Both the position numbers and the translations under genes were made by a program. From an uncultured Prevotella sp. (GTDB lineage: Bacteria; Bacteroidota; Bacteroidia; Bacteroidales; Bacteroidaceae), in contig CAZURD010000003.1 in assembly GCA_964623445.1 (NCBI GenBank), positions 1-40,474 of the forward strand: 40,474 nucleotides of DNA. The letters run 5' to 3'. The notes beneath the pieces were generated by a model that saw nothing but the letters and a program-made list of their open reading frames with translations, did no database searches and was not told the DNA's origin. Each line of letters opens with the position of its first letter. Position 1 is the first letter of the stretch. Positions 20,301 through 29,282 of the stretch are shown one piece after another.

Positions 20301-20835
20301 GGCTACGGGCGATGACTTCGTGGACGACTGCTCACTGGAAAGCGACATCGAAATGTACTTCCCCGAGAGCTTCGTGCCAAGCGACAGCGAACGAATGCTG
20401 CTCTATCGCGAACTCGACAGCCTCAAAGGCGATGACGAACTGGAACGCTACAAGGCACGCCTCGTCGACCGCTTCGGCAAAGTGCCGCCCGTGGCCGAGG
20501 AGCTGATGCGCGTCGTCCCGCTGCGCATCACGGCCAAAAGACTGGGGTGCGAGAAAGTGATTCTAAAGCAATCGCGCATGACCCTCTTCTTCGTGAGCAA
20601 CCCGCAAAGCCCGTTCTACCGCAGCAAGGCGTTCGACAGCGTGCTCGAATACATAGGGCGCAACCCGCGCCGGTGCAACCTGCGCGAGGTGAACGGCAAA
20701 AGGTCGCTCACCATAAGCGACGTGAAGACGGTCGCCGAGGCCGTCGACACACTGCGGGCAATGGCCGCCCCCATCTCAACAAAGCCAGCGGCACAGTCCG
20801 TTCAAACGTCCACAGCTGCCAAATTGCCTCTCTAA
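17368..20835 (+). CDS. mfd: Transcription-repair coupling factor
   Basis: UvrB-like N-terminus, RID ([14 protein letters not shown]), SF2 motifs ([40 protein letters not shown]) and TRCF C-terminus. Start at ATG 17368, downstream of a TACCTTTG -7 box. Confidence 0.97.
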   Translation: MEIKELQALYASLPQVGALAKAISNSSSKTIYLGGLAASAAPMVFGSLAEKCGGTFLFILQDADEAGYFYHDLTQLRGDDNVFFFPSSYRRAVKYGQRDPASEILRTEVLARLSAKAGGNGGTPLHVVTHPEAVAELVVSRKSLDSRRIELKQGQTVDVGELAKTLRGLGFNEVDYVYEPGQFAMRGSILDIFSYSGEYPYRIDFFGDDIDTMRTFEVETQLSRERCESVVIVPELTAQTDGQVPVLDFLPADATLVVRDLSFVRDTVERTWREGFSKQAIAERLEEATEMERRDILEKMRREARLMDGNRFAKAAAGFRIVELGRSNVPGQEATIQFDTTPQPLFHKNFDLLERSLEDYALRGYRLYVLADSQKQNERLREIFASRAKAGSGIEFTPVNRTLHEGFIDNDLRVCLFTDHQIFDRFHKYNLRSEKVRGGKVALTLKEIKQFEPGDYVVHADHGIGRFGGLVRMPRGNGYLEMIKIQYLNGDTIYVSIHALHKVSKYKSQDSGEPPRLSRLGSGQWEHLKERTKKKLKDIARDLIRLYAQRRSERGFAFSHDTFMQHELEASFLYEDTPDQLKATNDVKADMERQRPMDRLVCGDVGFGKTEVAVRAAFKAACDSKQVAVLVPTTVLAYQHYRTFSSRLKDFPVRVDYLTRARTAKQTKELLADLEAGKIDILVGTHKIIGKSVKFNDLGLLIIDEEQKFGVATKERLRQMKTNVDTLTMSATPIPRTLQFSLVGARDLSIIQTPPPNRYPIQTEIHTFGAEIVSDAINFEMSRNGQVYFVNNRISDLQSIAGMIKKYVPDARIAIGHGQMKPEELERIIMDFANYDYDVLLSTTIVENGIDIPNANTIIINGAQNFGLSDLHQMRGRVGRGNRKAFCYLLAPPLASLTAEARRRLEALESFSDLGSGINIAMQDLDIRGAGNLLGAEQSGFIADLGFETYQKILNQAVTELKNEEFADLYAEEAASGEATGDDFVDDCSLESDIEMYFPESFVPSDSERMLLYRELDSLKGDDELERYKARLVDRFGKVPPVAEELMRVVPLRITAKRLGCEKVILKQSRMTLFFVSNPQSPFYRSKAFDSVLEYIGRNPRRCNLREVNGKRSLTISDVKTVAEAVDTLRAMAAPISTKPAAQSVQTSTAAKLPL

Positions 20836-20862
20836 TATGCCATAATGACATATCCACTGCTA

Positions 20863-20878
20863 TGGTACACAAGTTGCA
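20863..20878 (+). promoter_or_regulatory. Putative sigma54 (-24/-12) promoter of hsp20
   Basis: TGGTACACAAGTTGCA has GG-N10-GC spacing matching the TGGCAC-N5-TTGC consensus, 85 bp upstream of the ATG. Confidence 0.65.
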
Positions 20879-20962
20879 TTATCTTAGGTGAAAGCCGAAG
20901 CGAAAGCCAAGGCAAGGACAAAACAAAGAATGTGTAACTTTTAAAGATAGGAGATTCAGATT

Positions 20963-21388
20963 ATGACACCAAGTAGAAGAAACTCTGGATGGTTGCCCGA
21001 TGTGTTCAACGACTTCTTCGATATGGACTTCATACCAAGAGTAAACACCACCGCACCTGCCATAAACGTTAAGGAATCGGACAAGGCTTACACCGTGGAG
21101 CTGGCCGCACCTGGACTGAAGAAAGAGGACTTCCAAGTGCATATCAACGACGAGGGAAACCTCTGCATAAAGCTGGAGAGCCATAACGACCACAAGGAGG
21201 AAGACAAGAACACGCGCTATCTGCGCCACGAGTTCGCCTACGCCAAGTACGAACAGACCTTGATTCTTCCCGACGACGTTGACAAAGACAAGGTTTCCGC
21301 ACACGTTGAAAACGGTGTCCTCACCGTGGAACTGCCCAAGGTGGAGGAAAGAAAGGCTAAGGTGGCTCGCCAAATCACCATCGGGTAA
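20963..21388 (+). CDS. Hsp20/alpha-crystallin small heat-shock protein
   Basis: PAINVKE...VELAAPGLKKEDF, YLRHEF, LPDDVD and ENGVLTVELPK motifs; C-terminal ITI. Confidence 0.95.
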   Translation: MTPSRRNSGWLPDVFNDFFDMDFIPRVNTTAPAINVKESDKAYTVELAAPGLKKEDFQVHINDEGNLCIKLESHNDHKEEDKNTRYLRHEFAYAKYEQTLILPDDVDKDKVSAHVENGVLTVELPKVEERKAKVARQITIG

Positions 21389-21459
21389 AGCCCAATGCCA
21401 CTGGCAAGAAAAGCCAAGACGAGTGGCTGTTGCCGCCGAACTTTGATTGATTGACCATG

Positions 21460-21501
21460 AAAGGGGGATGTGTCAGACCAGACGCATCCTCCTTTTGCTT
21501 T
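21460..21501 (+). terminator. Intrinsic terminator after hsp20
   Basis: AAAGGGGGATGTGTC-AGACCA-GACGCATCCTCCTTT followed by a T-rich tail. Confidence 0.7.
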
Positions 21502-21662
21502 CTGCCGGCTTGCCCGCCACAAAGCACTATCACCGGTTTCTTCGTCCTTTCAGGCTTTCGCTGTGGGCTTAACAGCAGATGGCAGCGTTTACACGCTGGT
21601 GGAATTAAAACAAATTGACGATATTGGAATTGGCAAACAACTTTCAGATAATCTTGTCTATG

Positions 21663-21712
21663 AAATAGCGAACGAGGGCATGTCCGTTTCGACATGCCCT
21701 CGTTCGCTGTTT
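21663..21712. terminator. Terminator hairpin downstream of ppiD
   Basis: AAATAGCGAACGAGGGCATGTC-CGTTTC-GACATGCCCTCGTTCGCTGTTT, 22 bp from the ppiD stop. Confidence 0.75.
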
Positions 21713-21734
21713 CCCTGTTGTCCGCTACAAGCGG

Positions 21735-23876
21735 TCAGAAGAAGATGTAGCGGCGGTCAACCACGTTGGCCTTGGTGTAAAGCTCGTTGATGAAGCGGCT
21801 TGCGGCCTGCAAGGCTGCCTGCCTCTGCTGCTGCTCGACAGTCTTCTCGTCGAACGTTGCGCCCTCGCGCTGTGTCTTGTCGAGCACTTGGAAGACGAAC
21901 GCACCGCCGTTGCCTTTCACCACTTCGCTGCGGAATGCACCATTGTCGGTGGCGGCCACTGCCCCGCTGAGTGCGGGTTCGCTCGAGCCTGTCGCGCGGA
22001 TGAATGCCGGTGCGCCGAATGTCACGCGGCGTATGGTGTCCACCTGCGCACCCTTGGCCTTGGCCTCGTCAACGCTCTTCACGCCGGCGAGCCTGGTGCT
22101 CAGCGTCTCAAACTTCTTGTCGCGCAACACTTCGGGGCGCAACATGTCTACGACATCGGCTTGCGAGCGGTAGCCTGCGGGGTGAATCTTTTCGATGGCG
22201 ATCACGAGCAGATGGTCGTTGTTGCCGCACTCATAGAGCGGTGACACCTGACCCACCTTTGCATCGAACACCCAGCGCAGGGCTTCCGTAGTGGCACGGA
22301 TGCCGGCAATGTTGTGTTCGGAGCTGAAGAGGTCGTTGCGCTCACGCACGGTGAAACCGAATTCCTTTGCATTCTGCTCGATGCCCTCCAGCGTTTGGTT
22401 GGCACTCACGAACTGACTGAACTTGTTGTATGCGGCGGAATAAGTTTCCTTGGAGAAGTCGATGCTACGCTTCACGACGGCGGCGACATACTTGTCGACC
22501 ATGTTCTTGCGGCTAACCACCTGCACAATGATGTTGCCTTGCGTCATGGCGATGTTGCGAATCTCGCCCACTGCCATCGTGTTGAGAGCCTCAAGATATG
22601 CCTTCGTGTCGGTATCGATAATCTGCGAGCTTTCATACATCTCCGACGTGAGCCACGTTGAAACGCCATTCTGGCCGTAACGCTTGGCAATGGTGTCGAA
22701 AGGAGCACCGGCGTTGAGTGCGTTGTAGATGCTGTCGGCCGACTGGCGTGCGGCATCGAGGCTTTGGTCGAACACTTGTATCTGCTTGTATTCAACAGAG
22801 TCGGGCATCAGCGTCTTGCTAATGAGCTTGACAACGTTGAACGTGTTGTCGCTCGTCGTCTCGAATGGAGCTGTGGTTTCCCCCACAGTCATGGAGTCAA
22901 TCCGGCCTGCTATGTCGCGCGGCATGGCGCTGCGGGTGACCGGTATTCCGGTGTAGGACAGCTGCGACTGTGCCTTGCGCACCACGTCGGCAGGCTCTGC
23001 GCCGTCGGCAAGCTGCTGTTGCGCCTCGGTCACGGAGGCCATGATGGCTGCGCGGTCGGCTTCGGAGGGCAGCACTTGGAAGTCAACGTACTTTATGTCG
23101 CGGCTCTCGGCATACTGCCTGAAACGCTCTTTCTGCTCGTTGTACTTTGCTTTCAAGTCGGCCTCGCCCGCCTCTACTTCGTTGTCGTTGACAGTGTTGT
23201 AGGCAATGGAAGCCAGCACCACCGTGCTTTCCTCGTTCTGACCATCGAATGCCATCTTGGCCTGCACGGGATTGGAGAGCAGGGAGTACGAGAGCAGCGT
23301 CTGATACTTAATAGCGAGCAACTGCTGGCGCAACGATTTCTCGATGAATTGCCAGTAGGCGTTTATCATGCGATATTGCTCGGCGACCTCGGGGCTTTGC
23401 CCAGCCTCCACTTTCTTGTAGTCGTCGAGGAAGCGTGTGAGCAGCGTCACGTCGAAGCGGCGCGTCTGTTGGTTGACGAAAGGTGTCTGGAGGAGCATCG
23501 GGTTAGTGCCCTCGCGGAGCACTCCGCGCAGTTCCTCGTCGGTCACATCAAGCCCGAGCCTGCTGGCTTCATCCTCGATGATGGCGTTGTTCACAAGCGA
23601 ATTCCACACTTGGTCTTTCGCTTGGTTCAGCTCTTCTTCCGTGAGGTTGTCGCGGCCTTGGGTCATTTTCAGCACCTCCTGGTACTCATCGAGCAGGGCT
23701 TGGTATTCCTGGAGCGACACTTTCTTGCCGAGCACTTCGCCGACTTGCATCCGTCGCTCATTGTTGGTGGCCTCGCACGAGCGGAACATCTCCTCGGCGA
23801 TGAACGCGAAAAGGGCGAGACCGATTATTATAATTAAGGTGACGCCTCTCTTTCTTATTTTTCCTAAAGCTGCCAT
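21735..23876 (-). CDS. ppiD: SurA N-terminal domain / parvulin-type peptidylprolyl isomerase (PpiD-like)
   Basis: MAALGKIRKRG + N-terminal TM anchor (LIIIIGLALFAFI), GLDVTDEEL, ESRDIKYV, rotamase-like ADSIYNAL.AGAPFDTIAKRY, C-terminal VVDRRYIFF. Confidence 0.85.
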   Translation of the reverse strand: MAALGKIRKRGVTLIIIIGLALFAFIAEEMFRSCEATNNERRMQVGEVLGKKVSLQEYQALLDEYQEVLKMTQGRDNLTEEELNQAKDQVWNSLVNNAIIEDEASRLGLDVTDEELRGVLREGTNPMLLQTPFVNQQTRRFDVTLLTRFLDDYKKVEAGQSPEVAEQYRMINAYWQFIEKSLRQQLLAIKYQTLLSYSLLSNPVQAKMAFDGQNEESTVVLASIAYNTVNDNEVEAGEADLKAKYNEQKERFRQYAESRDIKYVDFQVLPSEADRAAIMASVTEAQQQLADGAEPADVVRKAQSQLSYTGIPVTRSAMPRDIAGRIDSMTVGETTAPFETTSDNTFNVVKLISKTLMPDSVEYKQIQVFDQSLDAARQSADSIYNALNAGAPFDTIAKRYGQNGVSTWLTSEMYESSQIIDTDTKAYLEALNTMAVGEIRNIAMTQGNIIVQVVSRKNMVDKYVAAVVKRSIDFSKETYSAAYNKFSQFVSANQTLEGIEQNAKEFGFTVRERNDLFSSEHNIAGIRATTEALRWVFDAKVGQVSPLYECGNNDHLLVIAIEKIHPAGYRSQADVVDMLRPEVLRDKKFETLSTRLAGVKSVDEAKAKGAQVDTIRRVTFGAPAFIRATGSSEPALSGAVAATDNGAFRSEVVKGNGGAFVFQVLDKTQREGATFDEKTVEQQQRQAALQAASRFINELYTKANVVDRRYIFF

Positions 23877-24021
23877 TGTTATGTGATTGTTTTTTGTTTT
23901 GTTCTTGTCTGGTTCGTGGCAGTGGCTTGCGCCCGTCAAGGCGCAAAGCCCATTTTGGTGGGCAAAATTACTAATTTTAAATCAATCGGCCACACAAATT
24001 GTGGAAAAAGTGGCAAAAGTG

Positions 24022-25395
24022 CTATCTGTCATCGGCTTGGGCGGAATGCGCCTGCTCCTTGGTGAGCGTCACGACGAGTGCCCGCGTTGTGGACTTGCCT
24101 ATCGCGAAGCGGTTGTCGGTGCGTTCGCCCACGAGCCATGCCATTGCCCCCGTAGCATCGAAGAGGGCGAGTTGCCCCTCCCTTTGGAATATGTTTCGCT
24201 TGCGGTCGGTGAGATAGTCGCTCACGAGGCGCGAGCCTTTCATGCCAAACGGCACGAAGCGGTCGCCTCGTTCCACAGGTCTCACGGTGAGCGGGAGTTT
24301 CACCCGCTCCGCGTCGAGGCAGGCAACGTCGGCCCCGCGCCGTGGGTTGAAGTCGCCGTCTACGGTCTCGTAGGCCAGTTTCAGGCGGCATCCGGCATAC
24401 ACGTAAGTGCCTTCGATGGGCAGGCGCATGGGCTTAGGCTGCACGGCCTTTGGCGCGATGACGATGTTTCCTTGGTGAATGGTGAGCCGCCATGAGTCCG
24501 CTTCCACCACGCGCCCCGCCCCGGCATCAAGCATTGTGCCCACGGCCAGTGCCTGCTGGCGACTGAATCCGTAGCGGGAGAGCAGCTCGTGGAGCACGCA
24601 TTGCAGCGATGGCTGGCTGCGGAGCTGTGCGATGGAGATGGTGATGAATGCCCCGTCGCGGCGTTCCAGTGACGATATTGCGGCAGAAATGGTGCTGTCG
24701 TAGACCTTGGCAGCCTCGGCAACGTTGTCCGCAGTCCGCATGATGCACTGCGCCACGCTTGGGTTCACCTCGGCCATGAGGGGCAGTATGCAGAGCCTCA
24801 CCTTGTTGCGCACAACGTCGGCCACGAGGTTTGAGCTGTCGGTCACATAGTCCTGGCCGCGCTGGCTGAGGTAATCGAGAATGTCGGCGCGGCTCACGCA
24901 GAGCAGCGGCCTCACCACGTGGCCGTTTCGCGGACTTATCCCCGTCAGTCCGTGAATGCCCGTACCGCGCATGAGGTTCATCAGGACGGTCTCCACGCTG
25001 TCGTCGGCGTGGTGGGCAACGCACACCTCGCCGGCTCCGATGTCGCTGCGGAGGCGGTCGAAATAATCGTAGCGCAGGTCGCGTGCAGCCATCTCAATGC
25101 TCACGCCGTGTGCCTCGGCGTATCCCCGCGTGTCGAAATGTGCGATGTGGAACGCCACGCCCTTGGCTTCGCAGAGGCTGCGGACGAATCGCTCGTCGCA
25201 GTCGGCCTCATCCCCGCGCAGGTGGAAGTTGCAGTGGGCGGCATCCACGTCGTAGCCCAGTTCGAGCAGCGTTAGCAACAGTGCCACGCTGTCCGCCCCG
25301 CCGCTCAGTGCCACGATATGTCGCTGTCCCTTGGAGAGCAGACCGTGGACTTCGATGAACGATGCCACAGCCGACGTTAGGGTGTCGCGCGTCAT
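24022..25395 (-). CDS. tilS: tRNA(Ile)-lysidine synthase
   Basis: PP-loop VALSGGADS, EMAARDLRY, AHHADDSVET, VRPLL, DSSN and RNKVR motifs. ATGA overlap with upstream gene gives start 25395. Confidence 0.95.
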   Translation of the reverse strand: MTRDTLTSAVASFIEVHGLLSKGQRHIVALSGGADSVALLLTLLELGYDVDAAHCNFHLRGDEADCDERFVRSLCEAKGVAFHIAHFDTRGYAEAHGVSIEMAARDLRYDYFDRLRSDIGAGEVCVAHHADDSVETVLMNLMRGTGIHGLTGISPRNGHVVRPLLCVSRADILDYLSQRGQDYVTDSSNLVADVVRNKVRLCILPLMAEVNPSVAQCIMRTADNVAEAAKVYDSTISAAISSLERRDGAFITISIAQLRSQPSLQCVLHELLSRYGFSRQQALAVGTMLDAGAGRVVEADSWRLTIHQGNIVIAPKAVQPKPMRLPIEGTYVYAGCRLKLAYETVDGDFNPRRGADVACLDAERVKLPLTVRPVERGDRFVPFGMKGSRLVSDYLTDRKRNIFQREGQLALFDATGAMAWLVGERTDNRFAIGKSTTRALVVTLTKEQAHSAQADDR

Positions 25396-26561
25396 TCCAC
25401 GTAAAGCACGAGACCCTTCAGGTATTCGCCCTCCGGATGATATATGTTCACGGGGTGGTCGGCGGGCTGGTGGAGCTGGTGTAGTATGCGGACGCGGCGG
25501 CGTACCACCGTGGCGGCCGTGAACACCGCATTGCGGAAGTTGTCTTTCGTGACCACCTGACTGCACGAGAACGTGAAAATCAGTCCGCCGGGCATGATTT
25601 TCTCCATTGCCTTGGCATTGAGGCGCGTGTATCCTTTCAGCGCGTTGTGGAGTGCGGCGCGGTGCTTGGCGAACGCCGGCGGGTCAAGCACGATGAGGTC
25701 GTATTGTCCCTCGGCCTTGTCGAGGAAGCGGAAAGCGTCGTCGCAGAAAGCCTCGTGGCGGCTGTCGGCGGGGAAGTTCAGCACCACGTTCTGCCTTGTC
25801 AGTTCGATGGCTTTCGCACTGCTATCCACGGAGTGTACGAGCGTGGCCTCGCCACGGAGCGCGTAGACGGAGAATCCGCCCGTATAGCAGAACATATTCA
25901 GCACTTTCCGGTTTCGTGCGTATCTTTCAAGCAGGCTGCGGTTTTCGCGCTGGTCGATGAAGAAGCCCGTCTTCTGCCCCTTCAGCCAGTCGATGTGGAA
26001 GCGCAGGCCGTTTTCCGTGGCCACGTTGTCGCCGCCACCAATGAGAAAACCGTCGGCCTGTGCGATGCCGGCCTTGAATGGCAGTGTGGTCTCGCTCTTG
26101 TAGTAGACGTTCGACACGGTGCCGCCCATGACATCGACTATGGCGCGGGCGATGTCGTTGCGCGATTCGTGTATGCCCACGCTGTGGGCCTGCATCACGG
26201 CGGTAGCCCCGTAGACATCAACGACAAGCCCCGGGAGGAAGTCGCCCTCCCCATGCACGAGGCGGAAGGCATCGCTGCCGGCCAGACCCGCCGCGCGTCG
26301 CATGGTCAGCGCGCCGGCCAGTGCGTTGCGCCAGAAGTCGTAGTCTATCTCGATGTCGTCGAACGAGAGCACCCTCACGGCTATTGAGCCTGCCTGATAG
26401 TGTCCCACGGCGATGAAGTCGCCCTCGCTGTCCATCACTCTCACCACGTCGCCCTCGGCCACGCCATCGTCTGTGGCGGCTATTGCGCCCGAGAACACCC
26501 ACGGGTGGAAGCGCAGCAGGCTCTCTTGCTTGCCGCGCCTAAGATATGCCTTGCGGTACAT
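25392..26561 (-). CDS. rlmI: Class I SAM-dependent rRNA methyltransferase (RlmI-like)
   Basis: HPWVFSG (PUA), FRLVHGEGDFLPGL, GQKTGFFIDQRENR, VLNMFCYTGGF, LDPPAF and EGEYLKG motifs. Confidence 0.88.
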   Translation of the reverse strand: MYRKAYLRRGKQESLLRFHPWVFSGAIAATDDGVAEGDVVRVMDSEGDFIAVGHYQAGSIAVRVLSFDDIEIDYDFWRNALAGALTMRRAAGLAGSDAFRLVHGEGDFLPGLVVDVYGATAVMQAHSVGIHESRNDIARAIVDVMGGTVSNVYYKSETTLPFKAGIAQADGFLIGGGDNVATENGLRFHIDWLKGQKTGFFIDQRENRSLLERYARNRKVLNMFCYTGGFSVYALRGEATLVHSVDSSAKAIELTRQNVVLNFPADSRHEAFCDDAFRFLDKAEGQYDLIVLDPPAFAKHRAALHNALKGYTRLNAKAMEKIMPGGLIFTFSCSQVVTKDNFRNAVFTAATVVRRRVRILHQLHQPADHPVNIYHPEGEYLKGLVLYVE

Positions 26562-27183
26562 GTTCCTCTTTTTGCTTTATCAATTCATAATCACCGGTGG
26601 CTTCGAGCCTCGCCAACTCTTCGTAGAGCATGATGCACGCCCACGCATCCGTGGCGGCATAGAGCTTCTGCCGCTCGGTGAGCACGTCGGCTTCCCAGTT
26701 GGTCAGCTGCTGTCCCTTGCTCACGCGCAGTCCGAAGAAGTTTGCGTAGAGCTTTTGCAGGCTCCTGTCTTCCACGCCAATCTCGCCCACGTGCTCTTGC
26801 AGGTCGATGAAGTTGCCGGGCTTGAAGTCGGCAAGTTTGTGCAGCATGAACAGGTCGTCATGGAGCGAAAGCCCCACTTTCGGCACTGTGGTGTCTTCGA
26901 GCAGGCGCACGATGGCGGGGGCGAGACCCATATAGTTGAGCCTGAAGAGAAAGCAAATCTCGTGGGTGGCTGCCTGAAGCAGTGCGACGTTGTGTACAAC
27001 GCCTTTCCTGAACGACGGCCTCGTCTCCGTGTCAATGCCGATCAGGGGTTGCGTGAGCAGGTAGTCGACACCACGTTCGGCCTCGGCTGCGTTGAGCACG
27101 ACGACGATGCGGCCACCGAAAACAACGCTCGGCAGGCGGCCGATGAGTGCCTTGTCATACTTGCTGTATATCGTTTTTTTCAT
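26539..27183 (-). CDS. 3'-5' exonuclease (DEDDy, RNase D/WRN-like)
   Basis: IGIDTET (ExoI), VALLQ, LHDD and YAATDA (ExoIII) motifs. Start MKKTIY lies downstream of a TACTTTTG box at 27251-27258; overlaps rlmI by 23 bp. Confidence 0.9.
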   Translation of the reverse strand: MKKTIYSKYDKALIGRLPSVVFGGRIVVVLNAAEAERGVDYLLTQPLIGIDTETRPSFRKGVVHNVALLQAATHEICFLFRLNYMGLAPAIVRLLEDTTVPKVGLSLHDDLFMLHKLADFKPGNFIDLQEHVGEIGVEDRSLQKLYANFFGLRVSKGQQLTNWEADVLTERQKLYAATDAWACIMLYEELARLEATGDYELIKQKEEHVPQGIS

Positions 27184-27438
27184 TGTCTTGCCGGGAATGA
27201 TGGCCATGCTGCCCACGCGCTGTCGCGTCGCCATACAGCCATACAATTTGCAAAAGTACAAAAAAATGCCGACCCCGCTGCCCTTTCTCCCGATTTTCGC
27301 TTTGCGGAGGCCTGTGCGCATGAATTAGGTGCATGGATGGACATCCGGATATTGCGCGGCGGAAAGTGCGCCAGAGGCGGTGGCAATGCCGCATTTGCCG
27401 TTAACACAAAAACATCAAAGGGAGGCAATGCGGACGGA

Positions 27439-27557
27439 CTTGCATAACACACTGGCAAACAATGGATTGCAATAAATGCCTCGTTGCGATGCAACGAGGC
27501 ATAGCTTGAAAACAGCGGAGGCACGCCCGCTTTTTAGTTGCTTATTTGCAGCCATGC
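27439..27557. repeat. 22-bp cassette element (copy 3: dyad + 2 cassettes + tail)
   Basis: CAATAAATGCCTCGTTG (27470) and CAACGAGGCATAGCTTG (27492). Tail TTGAAAACAGCGGAGGCACGCCCGCTTTTTAGTTGC is identical to the reverse complement of 40284-40319. Confidence 0.85.
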
Positions 27558-27638
27558 TGAAAAGCGCAGCACATGGCCGAAAGCCGTGGGGAACGCCGTC
27601 GGACTTGCGGGTTCGGCGGCTGTGCGCGGGGCATTTAC

Positions 27639-28109
27639 TTATAGGTGGCCGTGGCCTCCAGCCGCTGCATTGGATGTCAGTTCGTTTTCAATCCACGCCA
27701 TGAGTACGCTGACCACATACGCCTGCTCTTCGCTCGTGAGGCTTCGCCTGGCGGGAATCCCGTGCCACTTTGCAAGGCATCCACGGCAGCAACAGCCCGT
27801 GGCGTGCTGGGCAACGAACACAGGATGCCCGCGCATGGGTGTCTGCCTGCCGTCGTTGGGAATGACGGCAGGGGCGAGGCGTTTGGCAACGAAGTCCGAA
27901 GCGTGCCTGCGTATGGTGGCCATGCCTTTCCTGTCGATGTAGGCTCTGTCGCTCGCAGACAGGTGGAACTTGCTGCGGAAAGCCGACTGCGCCAGCCGTC
28001 CGAAGAGTCTGGTGTGGTCGTATGCCGTCCCCCTCGCGGCGTTGTCGTCTCCCGTGTCGTCCGTTTCGCCAAAGAGGCTCGGCTCGACGATGTGGCTTTG
28101 CTTGTTCAT
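27639..28109 (-). CDS. DUF4186 family protein
   Basis: RLAQSAFRSKFHL, NDGRQTPMRGHPVFVAQHATGCCCRGCLAKWHGIP. Confidence 0.88.
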   Translation of the reverse strand: MNKQSHIVEPSLFGETDDTGDDNAARGTAYDHTRLFGRLAQSAFRSKFHLSASDRAYIDRKGMATIRRHASDFVAKRLAPAVIPNDGRQTPMRGHPVFVAQHATGCCCRGCLAKWHGIPARRSLTSEEQAYVVSVLMAWIENELTSNAAAGGHGHL

Positions 28110-28227
28110 TGCTGCATGGATGCCCCACAGGCGTGTACTTGTCGCTCGATGTTGCGCCGTTGGTTGCCTCCTTGTCCGTTGCTGTTCTTGCTGTCCGTCT
28201 TGCCTGTCCGGCCTTCTGCCCGCGCCT

Positions 28228-28791
28228 TTACTTCAGTGCCTTGCCGTCAGAAAACGCCTGCCCCACCTTTCCGCCGAGGGCTATGTAGCCGTGGTGTACG
28301 GGGTCGAACGTTATCAGTCCCATGCGCTCCACGTCGGGTTTGCCGTCTTCGGCAAGGTATTTCTCGTCGACAAGGATGTTCACTATCTCCGCCACGATGT
28401 AGTAGCCGCTTTCCGACTCGTCTATCTTCTGCGTCATGCGGCATTCCATCGTCATCGGAAAGTTGGCGAACAGGGGTGCGTTTACGTTCGGGGCTTTCTC
28501 CACCGTCCACCCCGTCTTCTCGATTTTCCTCGGCTCGTTCCTTGCCGAGACTATGCCCACGTAGTCGGCGGCAGTCATTGTCTCCTGCGTGGCAAAGGCT
28601 AGTGTGAAGTCGGCGCAGTGGTTCAGGTTCTTGGTGGTGGCGTGGTTGCCCATCGAAATCATCACCTCCTTCATGTCCCATTGGCCGCCCCATGCGGCGT
28701 TCATGGCGTTTGCCACTCCGTTCTCGTCGTAAGTGCCGATGATCAGCACCGGTTGTGGAACCATCCACGGCTCCGGTTTAAAACTTTTCAT
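28228..28791 (-). CDS. Flavin reductase-like / flavoredoxin family protein
   Basis: PQPVLIIGTYDENGVANAMNAAWGG, ADYVGIVS, VNAP and GKVGQAFSDG motifs. Confidence 0.88.
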   Translation of the reverse strand: MKSFKPEPWMVPQPVLIIGTYDENGVANAMNAAWGGQWDMKEVMISMGNHATTKNLNHCADFTLAFATQETMTAADYVGIVSARNEPRKIEKTGWTVEKAPNVNAPLFANFPMTMECRMTQKIDESESGYYIVAEIVNILVDEKYLAEDGKPDVERMGLITFDPVHHGYIALGGKVGQAFSDGKALK

Positions 28792-29020
28792 TGCTGTATT
28801 CCTTTCTTCTTTGGGTTCGCTTATCGTCTGTTTCAGGGTGTTGCTCTGACGGGCAAGGCTCTTGCCGTGCATTCCGCACAGCGTAATTGGCCGCGCCGTT
28901 CCGCTCCGTTCGGGGAGCAATGCTGTGGCCGGATGCCTTGGGCTGACAACTTGCAGCCTGCAATTAAGGGCTGAAGCCCTATGCAAAAATACACTTTTAA
29001 CTCGAAAAAGTGCCGCACTT

Positions 29021-29080
29021 TAGCAAAAATTGGCCGTCGGAAACAGAACCGATTCTGCGGTCATGCCGCGCAGGTTTTGC
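29021..29080. repeat. Decayed fragment of family A element
   Basis: 29051-29076 GATTCTGCGGTCATGCCGCGCAGGTT matches the reverse complement of 17142-17167 at 24/26 positions. Confidence 0.65.
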
Positions 29081-29135
29081 CGCCACACTGCCGGATGCGT
29101 GGCGGTCGGGGGCGCAGCAAAGTCCGGAGCACGAC

Positions 29136-29185
29136 AAAAAGAGAGCGGGAGGAAAGTGGCATTGCGCTGCTTTCCTCCCGCTCTC
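29136..29185 (-). terminator. Intrinsic terminator of pheT-yebC
   Basis: AAAAA-GAGAGCGGGAGGAAAGTGGC-ATTGC-GCTGCTTTCCTCCCGCTCTC; U-tract on the minus strand. Confidence 0.75.
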
Positions 29186-29282
29186 CTTGCCCACGTGGAC
29201 TTCGGCGGATACCGTTTGCGGGGCTGAAGCCCCGTCGGCCAGGCCCCGTTGCGTCCCCGGGCAGACTATTGTCCGAACGTCA

